A DNA stretch of 64,000 nucleotides from Macrostomum lignano (GCA_002269645.1 NIVC01000070.1:620001-684000); one strand, 5' to 3'. Shown: positions 25,401 to 38,139, counted from the stretch's first letter. The notes: generated by a model not told the origin, from the sequence alone. A program made the numbers and translations.

Positions 25401-26544
25401 AGCAGGTCGCCGCCGCGAAGTCGGCCAGCCACGACTGGGAGCGTCGCTGGAAGGAGACCGAAGCTGCTTTGAAGCGAATGCGAGACGCGGAGTGCGACCG
25501 GCCCGAGGTGAAGCTGCTGCACACGGTCACTAATCTGCAGGTGAGGCCAACTTCTGCGGGCTTCTCCGCTCTTTTGTGTCTGTCTTCATTTCCGCCCCTC
25601 TGCATCAGTTTCCGCCCTGGATTTCCGCTCCTCTCTGCATCATTCTCCGCCCTGGATTTCCGCTCCTCTCTGCATCAGTCTCCGCCCTGGATTTCCGCTC
25701 CTCTCTGCATCAGTTTCCGCCCTGGATTTCCGCTCCTCTCTGCATCAGTCTCCGCCCTGGATTTCCGCTCCTCTCTGCATCAGTCTCCGCCCTGGATTTC
25801 CGCTCCTCTCTGCATCAGTCTCCGCCCTGGATTTTCTCAGCTTTTTCTGGTCTCCATCGCTGCCCTAGTTTCCGCTCACTCTTTCGTGTAAATTCCGATA
25901 TCCGCTGCCCCCCCCCCGTGTCCAAACCGCAACCAATTCTCGTCCGCAACCCGCTCGCCCAATCCAGCTGGAGAAAAGCGAGCTGGAGCGCCGTCTGGAG
26001 CAGGCACAGCGGGCCAAGCAGCAGTACAAGCAGCAGCTGGGCCGCTGCCTTAAAGAGCTGGCCGCATCCAGGCAGCGGGAGCAGGCCGCGCAGTCTGCGG
26101 CTCTGCAGCGACAGCAGACGGAGCTGGAGCACATGCGGCTGCGCTATCTGGCAGCTGAGGAACAGGTGAGTGCGGAGAGGTTCATAAATATTGAGGGTTA
26201 AGTTGGATGGACTGGCGGATCGACAGATTGGTGATTAGGCTTATAAAATACATGACACAGTTGACACAGGCAGGCAGGCAGACAGACATTCAACCCCCCC
26301 CAAACCGCAGGACCTGGTCCGCAAAGAGCGCGGCGAGCTGAAGCGGGCTAAGGAAGGCTTGGACACGCTGGCCTACGGCGCCCCGCTGGGCTCCGAGCAG
26401 CCCACGGGCAGCAAGTCGGGCAGCGAGCACGCGGCCCGGCTCATAGAGGAGCGCGACACCCTGCTGCGCACCGGGGTGTACACCCACGAAGACGACATTG
26501 TCAGGGAGCTTGAACGCCGAATTCAAGCGGCCATGGAAGCTTGA
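19480..26544 (+). CDS. CEP120: Centrosomal protein CEP120 homologue, 7 exons, ~538 aa (one C2 domain plus coiled coil)
   Basis: Exons 19480-19507, 22124-22433, 22610-22743, 23031-23410, 25208-25540, 25968-26165 and 26311-26544 join in frame (1617 nt). Contains [50 protein letters not shown] and [15 protein letters not shown], which match recalled human CEP120 segments. The 28-nt exon 1 ([10 protein letters not shown]) is less certain. Confidence 0.9.
19752..20538. mobile_element. Possible non-autonomous DNA transposon in CEP120 intron 1
   Basis: Imperfect TIRs GGGCAATTCCATATAA / TTATATGGAATGAGCC, AGTG on both flanks, internal repeated TGGTCGTAAC motif. Confidence 0.45.
21026..21514. mobile_element. 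489-bp MITE with 17-bp TIRs and 8-bp TSD (hAT/P-like), CEP120 intron 1
   Basis: TIR CCTGGATGGAATTCTTG / CAAGAATTCCATCCTGG (1 mismatch); TSD GCTAAGAG at 21018-21025 and 21515-21522. Confidence 0.88.
22841..22945 (+). repeat. 18-bp minisatellite GAGTGAGGTGGGYGCAGG, ~6 copies, CEP120 intron 3
   Basis: Direct inspection; reverse complement of the array at 24948-25191. Confidence 0.95.
23480..24437. repeat. 29-30-bp minisatellite TCAGTGTCATTAGCTTCCCAGCTCCTCAAA, ~32 copies, CEP120 intron 4
   Basis: Direct inspection; recurring 3-unit higher-order pattern of variants. Confidence 0.96.
24948..25191 (-). repeat. 18-bp minisatellite CCCACCYCACTCCCTGCA, ~13 copies, directly upstream of the CEP120 exon 5 acceptor
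   Basis: Direct inspection; inverted copy of the 22841-22945 family. Confidence 0.95.
25590..25835. repeat. 35-bp minisatellite TCCGCCCTGGATTTCCGCTCCTCTCTGCATCAGTY, ~7 copies, CEP120 intron 5
   Basis: Direct inspection. Confidence 0.95.
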
Positions 26545-27197
26545 CTCAGATAAAACTTTTGTTAGTTTCTATGAAGCAGCACAATGGTTGTCCCCCACAA
26601 TCTCTTACGATAATGATGGCTGTTGCTTATTTAGAATTTCAACTTTCTAGTACTGTACGTGCAGTCGTATTGAATTTAGTTTCTATCTATACTTCTCATT
26701 CGCTGCGAAACCATTCGATATGGTTTTTTCACTTGAAATCATACTACTTGTAGCTGGTTTATGATTATTAGTAATATTGTAATATCTGCCAATGCTGGCT
26801 TGGCAGCTCTTCTAGGCCATGAAATCGAGTACTTATTTATTTAGTAATTTTGCTATTAAAATTTTAGCTCTTACTTACCTTTTCTGCTGTCAGTCTTAAG
26901 AAAAATTACATTCGACTTTGTAGAAATTTGTAAATGCTTTGCTTTACTGACTACTTATATAATCTTCCTATTGCTATCGATAAGTAGTATTGTAAAATAA
27001 AACGTGTTCTTTTTTAGTTAACGCCTCACTAACAAATGACTTTGCTTTTGCTGGCTTGACTAAAAATATTGGAATACGGTCGAGAGGGTCGTTAGACTTG
27101 CGTATTGCAGTACCTCAAATTACTTGGCTATAATTATTGACAATAAAAATACCTGGCTCACTTCATCATGCATATTTTATTGTACTGCATTATATTC

Positions 27198-30100
27198 TCA
27201 AGCAATCTGTTTCTGCTGCTTCTGGCCGTTTCTGCTGCCAGCAGCTGCGGCACCAGCGCTTGACTGCTGCTGCTGCTGCTGCCGACTCTGCCGCAGCTTC
27301 TCCCAGCGCACCGTGTCGCTGGTGAGCAGGGCCAGCTCGGTGAGTCGGCTGCCGTAGCCGGTGGGCGCCGCGGCCAGCCCGCTACCGAACAGGGCGTCTG
27401 GAAACTTGTATCGACTCTCCGTCTGCTGCCCTGTATGCTGAACCTCTGCTGTGCTTGGCGCTGCTGTTGAGGTGTTCAACGGTTTGCCGATGCAGCGCGA
27501 TCGAGGCTTTGGCGGCGGCTGCTGCTGCGACGTCGGCGAGGGTGGTGGCAGCTGCTGGAGACTGGCGCTGTTGCTCGGTGCAGCCGCTGAAGGAGCTGCC
27601 ACCGTCGCGTCTGTTGCGATTGACCGGAGTTGAGTTGAATCGGTTAAGCTGCATGCATATGATCTCCGACCCTGGATCTATATGCACAGGATATCCGACC
27701 CTGAATGTACGTGCACGGGATCTCCGACCCTGGATCTACATGTATATGCACGGGAGCTCCGACCCTGGATTTATATGCACAGGATCTCCGACCCTGGATC
27801 TATATGCACAGGATATCCGACCCTGGATCTATTGCACAGGATACCCGACCCTGGATCTATTGCACAGGATACCCGACCCTGGATCTATATGCACAGGATC
27901 TTCGACCTTAGATGTACGTGCACGGAATCTCCGACCCTGGATCTACATGTATATGCACGGGATCTCCGACCCTGGATTTATATGCACAGGATCTCCGACC
28001 CGGATCTATATGCACAGGATATCCGACCCTGGATCTATATGCACAGGATATCCGACCCTGGATCTATATGCACAGGATATCCGACCCTGGATCTATATGC
28101 ACAGGATCTCCGACCCTGGATCTATATGCACTGGATCTCCGACCCTGGATCAACACTCACCTGATTTACCTCCGGCATTCGCTGCTCTCCCAGCCGCAGG
28201 TGACACAGACACCGCGGCGGAAACAGCAAACAGCTGTTCTCTCGGCAAAATCTGCGATTGAGCGGTCTTCACCTCCAAATATTGTTGCTGCTGCTGTTGC
28301 TGCTGTTGGGAACGGATTTGCTGCTGCAGGGAAGCAAGTGATTGACTTGGCATTGGTCTGCGTCTGTGCCTGGCTGTCTGCTGCTGCTGCTGTTGCTGCT
28401 GACTTCCGGATTGAAACAGTCGTCTTTCTCGTCTGCGTTCTCTGATTACGGAAGTAGTTGCTGCTTGAGGGCTATGAGACAGCAATGGAGACTCTTCTTT
28501 AGGTGAGTCAGTTGGAACTTCCGGTGTTGTCAAACTGATTGAACCGGGCGAGGTTCTGTAAGGGAATGGGGAAGATCAGTTTCAGGATGACTTCACGGTC
28601 GGACACACAGTTGAGAGCAGACCAGTCAGACACACAGACATGAGAGTAGATCAGTCAGACACACAGACAGGTGAGAGTAGATCAGTCAGACACACAGACA
28701 GACAGGTGAGAGCAGATCTGAAAGACGCACAGACAGGTGAGAGCAGATCTGAAAGACGCACAGACAGGTGAGAGCAGATCTGAAAGACGCACAGACAGGT
28801 GAGAGCAGATCTGAAAGACGCACAGACAGGAGAGTAGATCAGTCAGACACACAGACAGACAGGTGAGAGCAGATCTGAAAGACACACAGACAGGTGAGAG
28901 TAGATCAGTCAGACACGCAGGTGAGAGCAGATCAGTCAGACACACAGACAGGTGAGAGTAGATCAGTCAGATATAGGTGAGTCATATGAGAGCAGATCAG
29001 TCAGACACACAGACAGGTGAGAGCAGATCAGTCAGACACACAGACAGATGAGACCAGATCAGTCAGACACGCAGGTGAGAGCAGATCAGTCAGACACACA
29101 GACAGGTGAGACCAGATCAGTCAGACACACAGACAGGTGAGAGCAGATCAGTCAGACACAGACAGGTGAGAGTAGATCAGTCAGACACAGACAGGTGAGA
29201 GCAGATCAGTCAGACACACAGACAGGTGAGAGCAGATCAGTCAGACACACAGACAGGTGAGAGTAGATCAGTCAGACACAGACAGGTGAGAGCAGATCAG
29301 TCAGACACGCAGGTGAGAGCAGATCAGTCAGACACGCAGGTGAGAGCAGATCAGTCAGACACGCAGGTGAGAGCAGATCAGTCAGACACGCAGGTGAGAG
29401 CAGATCAGTCAGACACGCAGGTGAGAGCAGATCAGTCAGACACACAGACAGACAGATTAGAGCAGATCAGTCAGACACACAGACAGGTGAGAGCAGATCA
29501 GTCAGACACACAGACAGGTGAGAGCAGATCAGTCAGACACGCAGGTGAGAGTAGATCAGTCAGATACAGGTGAGTCAGATGAGAGCAGATCAGTCAGACA
29601 CAGGTGAGTCATATGAGAGCAGATCAGTCAGACACACAGACAGGTGAGAGCAGATCAGTCAGACACGCAGGTGAGAGTAGATCAGTCAGATACAGGTGAG
29701 TCAGATGAGAGCAGATCAGTCAGACACAGGTGAGTCATATGAGAGCAGATCAGTCAGATACAGGTGAGTCAGATGAGAGCAGATCAGTCAGACACAGGTG
29801 AGTCATATGAGAGCAGATCAGTCAGACACACAGACAGGTGAGTGCAGATCAGTCAGACACAGGTGAGTCATATGAGAGCAGATCAGTCAGACACACAGAC
29901 AGGTGAGTGCAGATCAGTCAGACACAGGTGAGAGCAGATCAGTCAGACACACACAGGTGAGTGCAGATCAGTCAGACACACAGACAGGTGAGAGCAGATC
30001 AGTCAGACACGCAGGTGAGAGTAGATCAGTCAGATACAGGTGAGTCAGATGAGAGCAGATCAGTCAGACACAGGTGAGTCATATGAGAGCAGATCAGTCA

Positions 30101-31882
30101 GACACAGGTGAGTCAGATGAGAGCAGATCAGTCAGACACACAGACAGGTGAGTGCAGATCAGTCAGACACACAGACAGGTGAGTGCAGATCAGTCAGACA
30201 CTGAGACAGGTGAGAGCAGATCAGTCAATCAGGACAACTTTTCATAAATATAAACAGTCTCATATTCTACAGAGCAGCCTCACTGATGCAGTGCGAGTCG
30301 GTATCCCACAATCGGCTGGTCCTCTGCCGAAGAAATTCGCCCAGCCGCTTGAGCATCTCTGCAAAATTGATGATGGTTATTGAACCCGATGGCGAGTCTG
30401 CACCAAGCTGCTTCTAGAGGCATGGTCACTGCAGAATTTCTGGTGTTTGAGTTAGCTAGCTGAATGCAATGTTTATACACTGTATGATGTAGAAGGCATA
30501 AATTCATGTAAGAGGAAGTTAAGCATTGCGCTGGGAAGGGTTCTAAACTATATTTGCAGTGCACAACAATAGCCTAATATGAGTTTCTTCCTGAAGAGTG
30601 TATCGTCATTGTCAATTATATTCTATAATATGATTATATTTGCTATAGCATCAACGCTGCTCAAGCATCTATTCTATTCACAGGTATTGGCGGCACTTTT
30701 GCACACGCGTTTGCAGTTTGAAGAAGTTGGACTTGGGAGCCCATTGTTAGTAGCGATTTGCCTGGCCTGATGATGCTAATGAAGCTAACAGTAACCTGTA
30801 TTTTATAGCATTTATTGTATTGCAAACTGAAGCCAATTTGGTTAGTGATTTTGACACTCCATTCTGTATATTCACGCGCTCCAGGTAACCGTGACTTAAT
30901 TATGTCTGTCGTTAGTACTGGATCTAATTTAATCTCTTATACTGAATCCTAAATCCCAATTTCATCTCACACAGAGTCCTGAATCCTACTATGATCCCTC
31001 ACCGAGTCCCGAATCCCACTGTGATCCCTCACCGAGTCCCAAAAACCCACTGTGATCCCTCACCGAGTCCCGAATCCCACTGTGACCCCTCACCGAGTCC
31101 CAAAAACCACTGTGATCCGAATCGAGTCCCGAATCCCACTATGATCCCTCATCGAGTCCCGAATCCCACTGTGATCCCTCACCGAGTCCCAAAAACCCAC
31201 TGTGATCCCTCACCGAGTCCCGAATCCCACTGCGACCCTCACCGAGTCCCAAAAACCTACTGTGATCCCTCAACGAGTCCCGAATCCCACTGTGATCCCT
31301 CAACGAGTCCCGAATCCCACTGTGATCCCTCACCGAGTCCCGAATCCCACTGTGACCCCTCACCGAATCCCAAAAACCCACTGTGATCCCTCACCGAGCC
31401 CCGAATCCCAGTGTGATCCCTCAACGAGTCCCGAATCCCACTGTGATCCCTCACCGAGTCCCGAATCCCACTGTGATCCCTCACCGAGTCCCGAATCCCA
31501 CTGTGATCCCTCACCGTTGCTCAATAACCTTCTCTCTGTTGACTTCGCCAGCCTCCACCTTGGCAGCTAGTTCAGCCGCAACTTGAACTGCATCAGTCGG
31601 CTCCAGTCTCAGACCTCCACCCCGTTGAATATCTGGCAGCTGGTGCTGCTCCCAGCCGCTGAGATCACTCGTCAGTTTTGAGAGCCGCATCCTCCGATGC
31701 TGCTGCTTCCCACTGGTGCGAAAGAAGCGCTTCAACTCCTTGCGGATGCTTTGTAGACTGTACGCTGGAGCCGCCGGCGTTGCTGGCGGTGTCGGCGGGC
31801 TGGCCGCAGTCGCCGCGGTTCCGGACTGTCTCTGCCGCGGCTTTGTGACCCGCCTCACAGTCAGGCCGCAAACAGATTCCAT
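27198..31882 (-). CDS. Uncharacterised Q/A/S/P-rich protein, ~416 aa (449 aa with an optional exon)
   Basis: Phase-compatible exons 31882-31515, (30894-30796 optional), 30358-30284, 28555-28161 and 27610-27198 with GT-AG ends and GC-rich composition like neighbouring exons. No family recognised. A further upstream exon ending near 32767 may be 5' UTR. Confidence 0.55.
27660..28150. repeat. ~28-29-bp minisatellite TCCGACCCTGGATCTATATGCACAGGATM, intron 27611-28160
   Basis: Direct inspection. Confidence 0.95.
28610..30226. repeat. 27-35-bp compound minisatellite CAGGTGAGAGCAGATCAGTCAGACAC(ACAGA), ~50 copies, intron 28556-30283
   Basis: Direct inspection. Confidence 0.95.
30990..31515. repeat. 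30-bp minisatellite GATCCCTCACCGAGTCCCGAATCCCACTGT, ~17 copies, starting at a splice donor
   Basis: Direct inspection; on the minus strand most units read CG|GTGAGGGATCACAG. Confidence 0.95.
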
Positions 31883-32374
31883 TGTTCAGCTTGGCTCGCT
31901 CGTAAGACGATTTTTGAGCAAGCTAATTTTGGCCACTTATCTAGCCGGGGGGGCCTTCGCACTCATCCATTATTTAAAGAGCCATTCGGGCTTCCTTATC
32001 TCAGATTTTATTGCAGCATGTAAAAATAATTCTTTGGCAATTAAATTAACGATTAATTTGGACAATTCAACGGACAATTAAGTCAAGCTTATCGGCAGAC
32101 TGACCGAAGCCTCCTAATTGATGTCTGCAGTTGAGCAAGTCGTCTGACCGACTGGGGGTTTTGACGATGATAAGATTTGACCTGACTTTCTATTCAACTT
32201 GAGTAGCTACATGTAGATGGCCCGCAGGATTTTTTGGTGCGCGCTTGCCAAATCAGAGGAATTTGAGCTCTCTAATTCCGACAATTGAATTGAATTGTCT
32301 AATTCCGCCGCTCTGTCTACTGCTCATCCTAATTGGGTATACTTATCTATCTACTCCTGGCAGTTGTCAGTCTA

Positions 32375-32640
32375 CTTCTAGATCTACTTATCTACCTCTA
32401 GATCTATCTGTCCACTTCTAGATCTGATCTACCTGTCCACTTCTAGATCTGATCTACCTGTCCACTTCTAGATCTGATCTACCTGTCCACTTCTAGATCT
32501 GATCTACCTGTCCACTTCTAGATCTGATCTACCTGTCCACTTCTATAATAGATCTATCCGTCTACTTCTAGATTTATCTGTGTACTTCTAGATCTTTCTG
32601 TCTACTCCTAGATCTATCTGTCTACTTCTAGATCCATTTG
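32375..32640. repeat. 25-bp minisatellite TCCACTTCTAGATCTGATCTACCTG with degenerate flanking units
   Basis: Direct inspection. Confidence 0.9.
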
Positions 32641-33277
32641 TCTAATTCAATCTATCTGACCTATTCAAACACACGAACAGCTGAAGCAGACAATCTAATT
32701 CCTTCAAAGCTGAAGCAGCCACATAACAATAGCAAAAAAGCTGCATGTACTACTATACTCACTTACTGACAATGAATTGATAGACACGAAGAAACGGACG
32801 CAGCCGCAGTCGCCGCCATTTCGCTCTCTTCCAGCTCAGTCGGGACAGAATCAGGCAGTTCTACTTCACCAAGAGGTCTTCTGCGCCACTGCAGCCGGGC
32901 TCTCATTCTACCAGCTTCCACTTCAGACCACGACAGAAATTTCTTGTCCGAAAATGAATGGCGGTTCATTTCAACAGATTTAAAATGTACTTTACTAGCT
33001 GGTGAAGTGAAGCTTTTGTGCAAAAAAAGTTTCTGTCAAAGTGATCTCCATTTTAACAGACTGGAGTTTGTAGGTGTGTAGGCTTTTTATCTTGGGTTTG
33101 CACCTTGAATAGCCATACACCTGGCTAGGGACACTGCGTAAGTGTACGAACTCGCAGACCATTTCATAGACTTTGAGCACAGACTGGCTCAAACATGGCT
33201 GACAGACATGTTTTATCGGAATAGGAAAAACATACATGTCATAGAAGTGATATCTCACCCAGTTCTACTCGACACAA

Positions 33278-33790
33278 TGTGACCAACTCAGAAACAGTTT
33301 AACCAACTCAGACACCATGTGACCAACTCAGACACACTATGACCAACTCAGACACCGTGTGACCAACTCAGACACCGTGTGACCAACTCAGACACACTAT
33401 GACCAACTCAGACACACTATGACCAACTCAGACACCGTGTGATCAACTCAGACACCGTGTGACCAACTCAGACACCGTGTGACCAACTCAGACACACTAT
33501 GACCAACTCAGACACCGTGTGATCAACTCAGACACCGTGTGACCAACTCAGACACCGTGTGATCAACTCAGACACCGTGTGATCAACTCAGACACCGTGT
33601 GACCAACTCAGACACCGTGTGATCAACTCAGACACCGTGTGATCAACTCAGACACCGTGTGATCAACTCAGACACCGTGTGATCAACTCAGACACCGTGT
33701 GACCAACTCAGACACCGTGTGATCAACTCAGACACCGTGTGACCAACTCAGACACCGTGTGATCAACTCAGACACACTATGACCAACTCA
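33278..33790. repeat. 20-bp minisatellite GA(C/T)CAACTCAGACAC(CGTGT/ACTAT), ~25 copies
   Basis: Exact 20-bp period with three interspersed variants. Confidence 0.97.
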
Positions 33791-34827
33791 AAGACTTTCT
33801 AACAAACTCATACACAGCAAGTATTTAAAATCTTTGGAACACTTACAAAATCATTGAGCTCATAAAGTTAGAAATTGACAGAGTTAATTATATTGCACCT
33901 TTGCCATAAAACTCCTTTTAAAAACAGCAAATCAAGATTGTTATTTTGCACGGACACAATGGTGTGAAATAGAAAAGGAGTCAAATTTAAATGTCCTGGG
34001 GGGCAAATTGAAAATTGCTTCTTAACAAATTGTTGGATTGAGCTGTACCAACCATTCAGTCAGTGGAGATGTGTGAGCGCACACTAATGAAAACGGATGT
34101 GCGCTGAAAGTCGCACAATGGATAGATGTCTCAGCGAGAGTACTTACTCAGTGTACTTATAAATGAAAGCTAAAAAGACTGTTCTAAAGAAGCTTAAAAT
34201 ACGTTTAATCTACTAACAACGTCTGGTCAGTAGTAGAATTGACACATTTTTTGTAATTCACAAGGAAAAGTTCTGTTATGCCAAAAAATACACATAACAG
34301 GTGACCCGAATAGCTTGCATGCGCCCATTTAATTACTTTTTTAAATAGGAGGACGAATTTCTTAGAGAGCAGGTAAGAAACGCATGTTTGTCGTGTCGCA
34401 AAAGCTACTAAAAATAGTTATTAACAATAGTCACGATAAAACAATAATACACTCGCAATAATATTAATAATAATGAAAAGGTACAGAGGAGCAATAAGTA
34501 CAGGCGAGAACAGACTGTTGAAATTAAAATCAGGTAGTTATGGTAGTAAATTGCATTACCAATATAGTAAATTTTGTTCAATAATTAATTTAATAATTAA
34601 TAATTTATTTTTATTAAATTAATTGCTTGAATGAATTAATGAATCATTATAACTAACTTTGCAGATTAATCAAGGATATTCAAACCAGAAAATTAAGCAA
34701 ACGAATTCCGAACTCAGACAGTGCTTTGTCCCCCAACCCCTAGCATGACCCCTAGCAAGGCCTATGCAGGCCAACCTTGTGACCCGTTGTGGAAAATCAA
34801 TAATTGATTCAGAGTGAATAAATATAG

Positions 34828-35285
34828 CGCCTGCGGCGCCAAAATGAGTGCCTGCGGCGCCAAAATGAGTGCCTGTAGCGCCAAAATGAGTGCCTGCGGC
34901 GCCAAAATGAGTGCCTGTAGCGCCAAAATGAGTGCCTGCGGCGCCAAAATGAGTGCCTGTAGCGCCAAAATGAGTGCCTGCGGCGCCAAAATGAGTGCCT
35001 GTAGCGCCAAAATGAGTGCCTGCGGCGCCAAAATGAGTGCCTGTAGCGCCAAAATGAGTGCCTTTAGCGCCAAAATGAGTGCCTGTAGCGCCAAAATGAG
35101 TGCCTTTAGCGCCAAAATGAGTGCCTGTAGCGCCAAAATGAGTGCCTGTAGCGCCAAAATGAGTGCCTGTAGCGCCAAAGTGAGTGCCTTTAGCGCCAAA
35201 ATGAGTGCCTGTAGCGCCAAAATGAGTGCCTGTAGCGCCAAAATGAGTGCCTGTAGCGCCAAAATGAGTGCCTGCGGCGCTGAAA
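34828..35285. repeat. 21-bp minisatellite GCGCCAAAATGAGTGCCTG(CG/TA), ~21 copies
   Basis: Direct inspection; accounts for the 244-aa and 172-aa repetitive ORFs. Confidence 0.97.
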
Positions 35286-35775
35286 TGAGCGCTGACAAAA
35301 CCGATTTTGAAGATAATGTACGTACATGTTGAATTCTTGGCTTTGCCCCCCCCACTATAGAATCCATGGCGACGCCCCTAAGAATAGGAATAAGTGCAAA
35401 AAAGAAGACATAAATTATTCGATAGAAATTAGATATTTTATTTAGTAATGTGAGCATTCTATCCCACTTGATTCCTTTGCGCTTGGCAACACCCAAACCC
35501 CACCACCCTCGTCTTGCTCATCAAATGTATCTCGAAATCATAATCCTTGCTAGTTTCACAATAATAATTAAATCTATTCAATAAAATCGAAAACCACCGA
35601 AAACTTTAAATTGTTGCGAGTCCGTTAATGTTCAGGCGGACTGGAATGATACATTTCACCTAACTAATTAAAGTTGATATGCTTTTTAATACCAAGATTA
35701 AAAATATATTTTAAACAGTTCTTTCATGGCTCATTAACGTTATTTATATACACATGTGAAAAGTTATTTTGAGCC

Positions 35776-38139
35776 CAGGGACAACTAAAACCCTCGGGAC
35801 GCGAAACGAGCCAATTCATGGCAAAAAATCTGAGGGGCTCGCTTAAAAGTATTGTTCTATGGCTTTTTCAAGTCTTCTCTGCTATCAGGCATTAACGGTT
35901 AGATTAAATAGTAAAGCGAGGCAATGTCGAGTATTTAATTTAAGGAATAGGAACCAGTGATATAATTACAATGTATTTACAATAAAGTAACCGCCATATC
36001 AACAAAAAACCCAACGGCAAGAAGATAAAGGATGAAAGCGAAGATGAAACTCCAACGGCAAGAAGATAAAGGATGAAAGCGAAGATGAAACTCCAACGGC
36101 AAGAAGATAGAAGCAAATACGGAACTCCAAGGACAAGACGACACAAACAGTCAGTAGCTCGTACATAAAGGAAACGCTGGAACTTCACCTACTGAGCATC
36201 TAACTTCCGAAGCTTTCTATCATGGGATGTCGTCGGTATTGGTGGGAGTTTTGACGAGCGTCTTACTAGTCCTTTGAAAAAAAACGTTGGCTAGCCGACG
36301 GGACACACTGTCCATGCTGAACTGTGTCTTAGTTGGAAAGTAAAAGTCCTTAATAACATAAAACAGCTTCTGCACGCGAGTTGCGCACGTAGGAGAGTGC
36401 AGAATAAAACTGCTGTAGCAGAGACAGGATAAGTCTAACAGCCATTGTGGAGGATGACAAAGCTTTCCGCGAGATAACTCTTCAGTGAATTCGCTGGCTG
36501 GAATGCTCGTCTCTGATATCAAATCTGTTCCTTTGATGCCTTCTTTAGTCGCTGTATAACCTGTCAATTTCCAATTAAGCACGGTTTGAATTGTTTTTAT
36601 GAGATTGTGTAAAACCTCGTTGTGAATTAAATTTTAATTAATATCCAGCTTACCTGCGATATAGTAGAGCGAAGCCATCTCCGAAATGGAAAGCTCCTCT
36701 GATTTAGCAGCACAATTATCAATGGTCGCCAGTTCAATTTCATTCAGCTGTTCATTGCAACATTTGCTCCGATCGTGCTTGTAGTCTGCTAATTCAAGGG
36801 ATGCGAATAATTTCATTTGTCGGAGTCGAGCACTGAGCAGCACTTGCTCCACAGATACATAGTAGTTGCCGCCGCTCATTTGGCGATATACGCCAGCCAG
36901 CCAGCCAGAACGTAGCTGATTCGTGGGTCGGACAAAAGAAACTCACACATCTCACAGGCTCCGCGCAGTGAGTTTACTAGCGCTGACTTGGTCTCGGGCG
37001 TCAATGAATGATGGCGAGCTCGGCCTTTTCCACAATGTGTCGAAACAAACGAATCCGCGAGCGCGCTAAGAAATTGTATGCTTTCATCTTGAACGGAATA
37101 GACTGGTCGCCTGTCCGGATCCCGTAGTCGTGCGTGTAGATCAGGATTTTTACACTTGACAATTTTCCAGAATCTCACTATGGTTTTGAAATCGGTGTAT
37201 GCAGTTTGAATGCACGAATCAGAAAGTTGGGTGAGACAAAAATTCGAACAGACAGGTCTCCATCTTTATCTAACGTAAACAAGTAAACGTCTTCGTTCAG
37301 AATAGCTGTGTTCAGTGCATATCGAGATACGACATCCGAATTTTTCACCTCAGCTCGAAAACCTTCCCATGCCGGCAAAAAATCAAGCAGCTGAAAAGCG
37401 TCCATCTCATCGATGTCGCTGCACCTCGCGTCAGAAAGAACACCGCGCTTTTCGGCCTGTCGGTCTTGGTCTAAAATAAGAGTAAAAATAAAAGTAAGAT
37501 AATTGTGAGCGGCAAAATCGATATGGACGCTAAGTGTTGAGCAATCTTTAAGTTACGTACCTTGGTTCTGAACAAAACACAAGCTAGGAACTCCATTAAA
37601 AACAGAAGGAGGATTAATTGGCCTTTCGGTAGAGTTTTTCTTGACCATTGGAGCATCGCTTGGCCAATGCTTTACGCACACGCCCATATTGTCAGTCACT
37701 CTTAAAATAATAAATTTTGGGTTTCAAGTTGTTTGGACGAGACTGGCATGCAGAATTGAAGCGGAATTATGCAGCAGAAATGACAGCAAATGATCTGGTT
37801 TCTTACCTGGAGAATATTTGGCAGCGCCTTTCTCCATCGCTCTCGCTCCTGTGGATCTCTGGGAAACGCAAATGTCCGTGTTCGAACGGCTTCAGAGTTG
37901 TAATTTGACGAGCACGGAAATACGCTGCACTTTCTTGGCATTTCATCAAGTGAATAAAAAATGCTTCTCTTGATATAGTTCAGCTTAGCTTCACTGCTGG
38001 CCGCAGCTAAAGCAATTTTAATTTGCCTGATAGCAGAGAAGACTTGAAAAAGCCATAGAACAATACTTTTAAGCGAGCCCCTCAGATTTTTTGTCATGAA
38101 TTGGCTCGTTTCGCGTCCCGAGGGTTTTAGTTGTCCCTG
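35776..38139 (-). mobile_element. P-superfamily (THAP) DNA transposon, internally deleted, 2364 bp
   Basis: 116-bp TIRs (35776-35891 and 38024-38139, 1 mismatch) beginning CAGGGAC; TSD TTTGAGCC at 35768-35775 and 38140-38147. THAP domain from ATG 37941 (MPRKCSVFPC...RW...VCVKHW...PPSVF). C-terminal P-like segment YRQMSGGNYYVS is present; much of the catalytic region appears absent. Confidence 0.92.

Noticed and set aside
30284-30358. Alternative frame EMLKRLGEFLRQRTSRL resembling CDK5 activator p35
   Set aside because: The match is short, the following p35 motif is absent, and the frame is incompatible with the long flanking exons.
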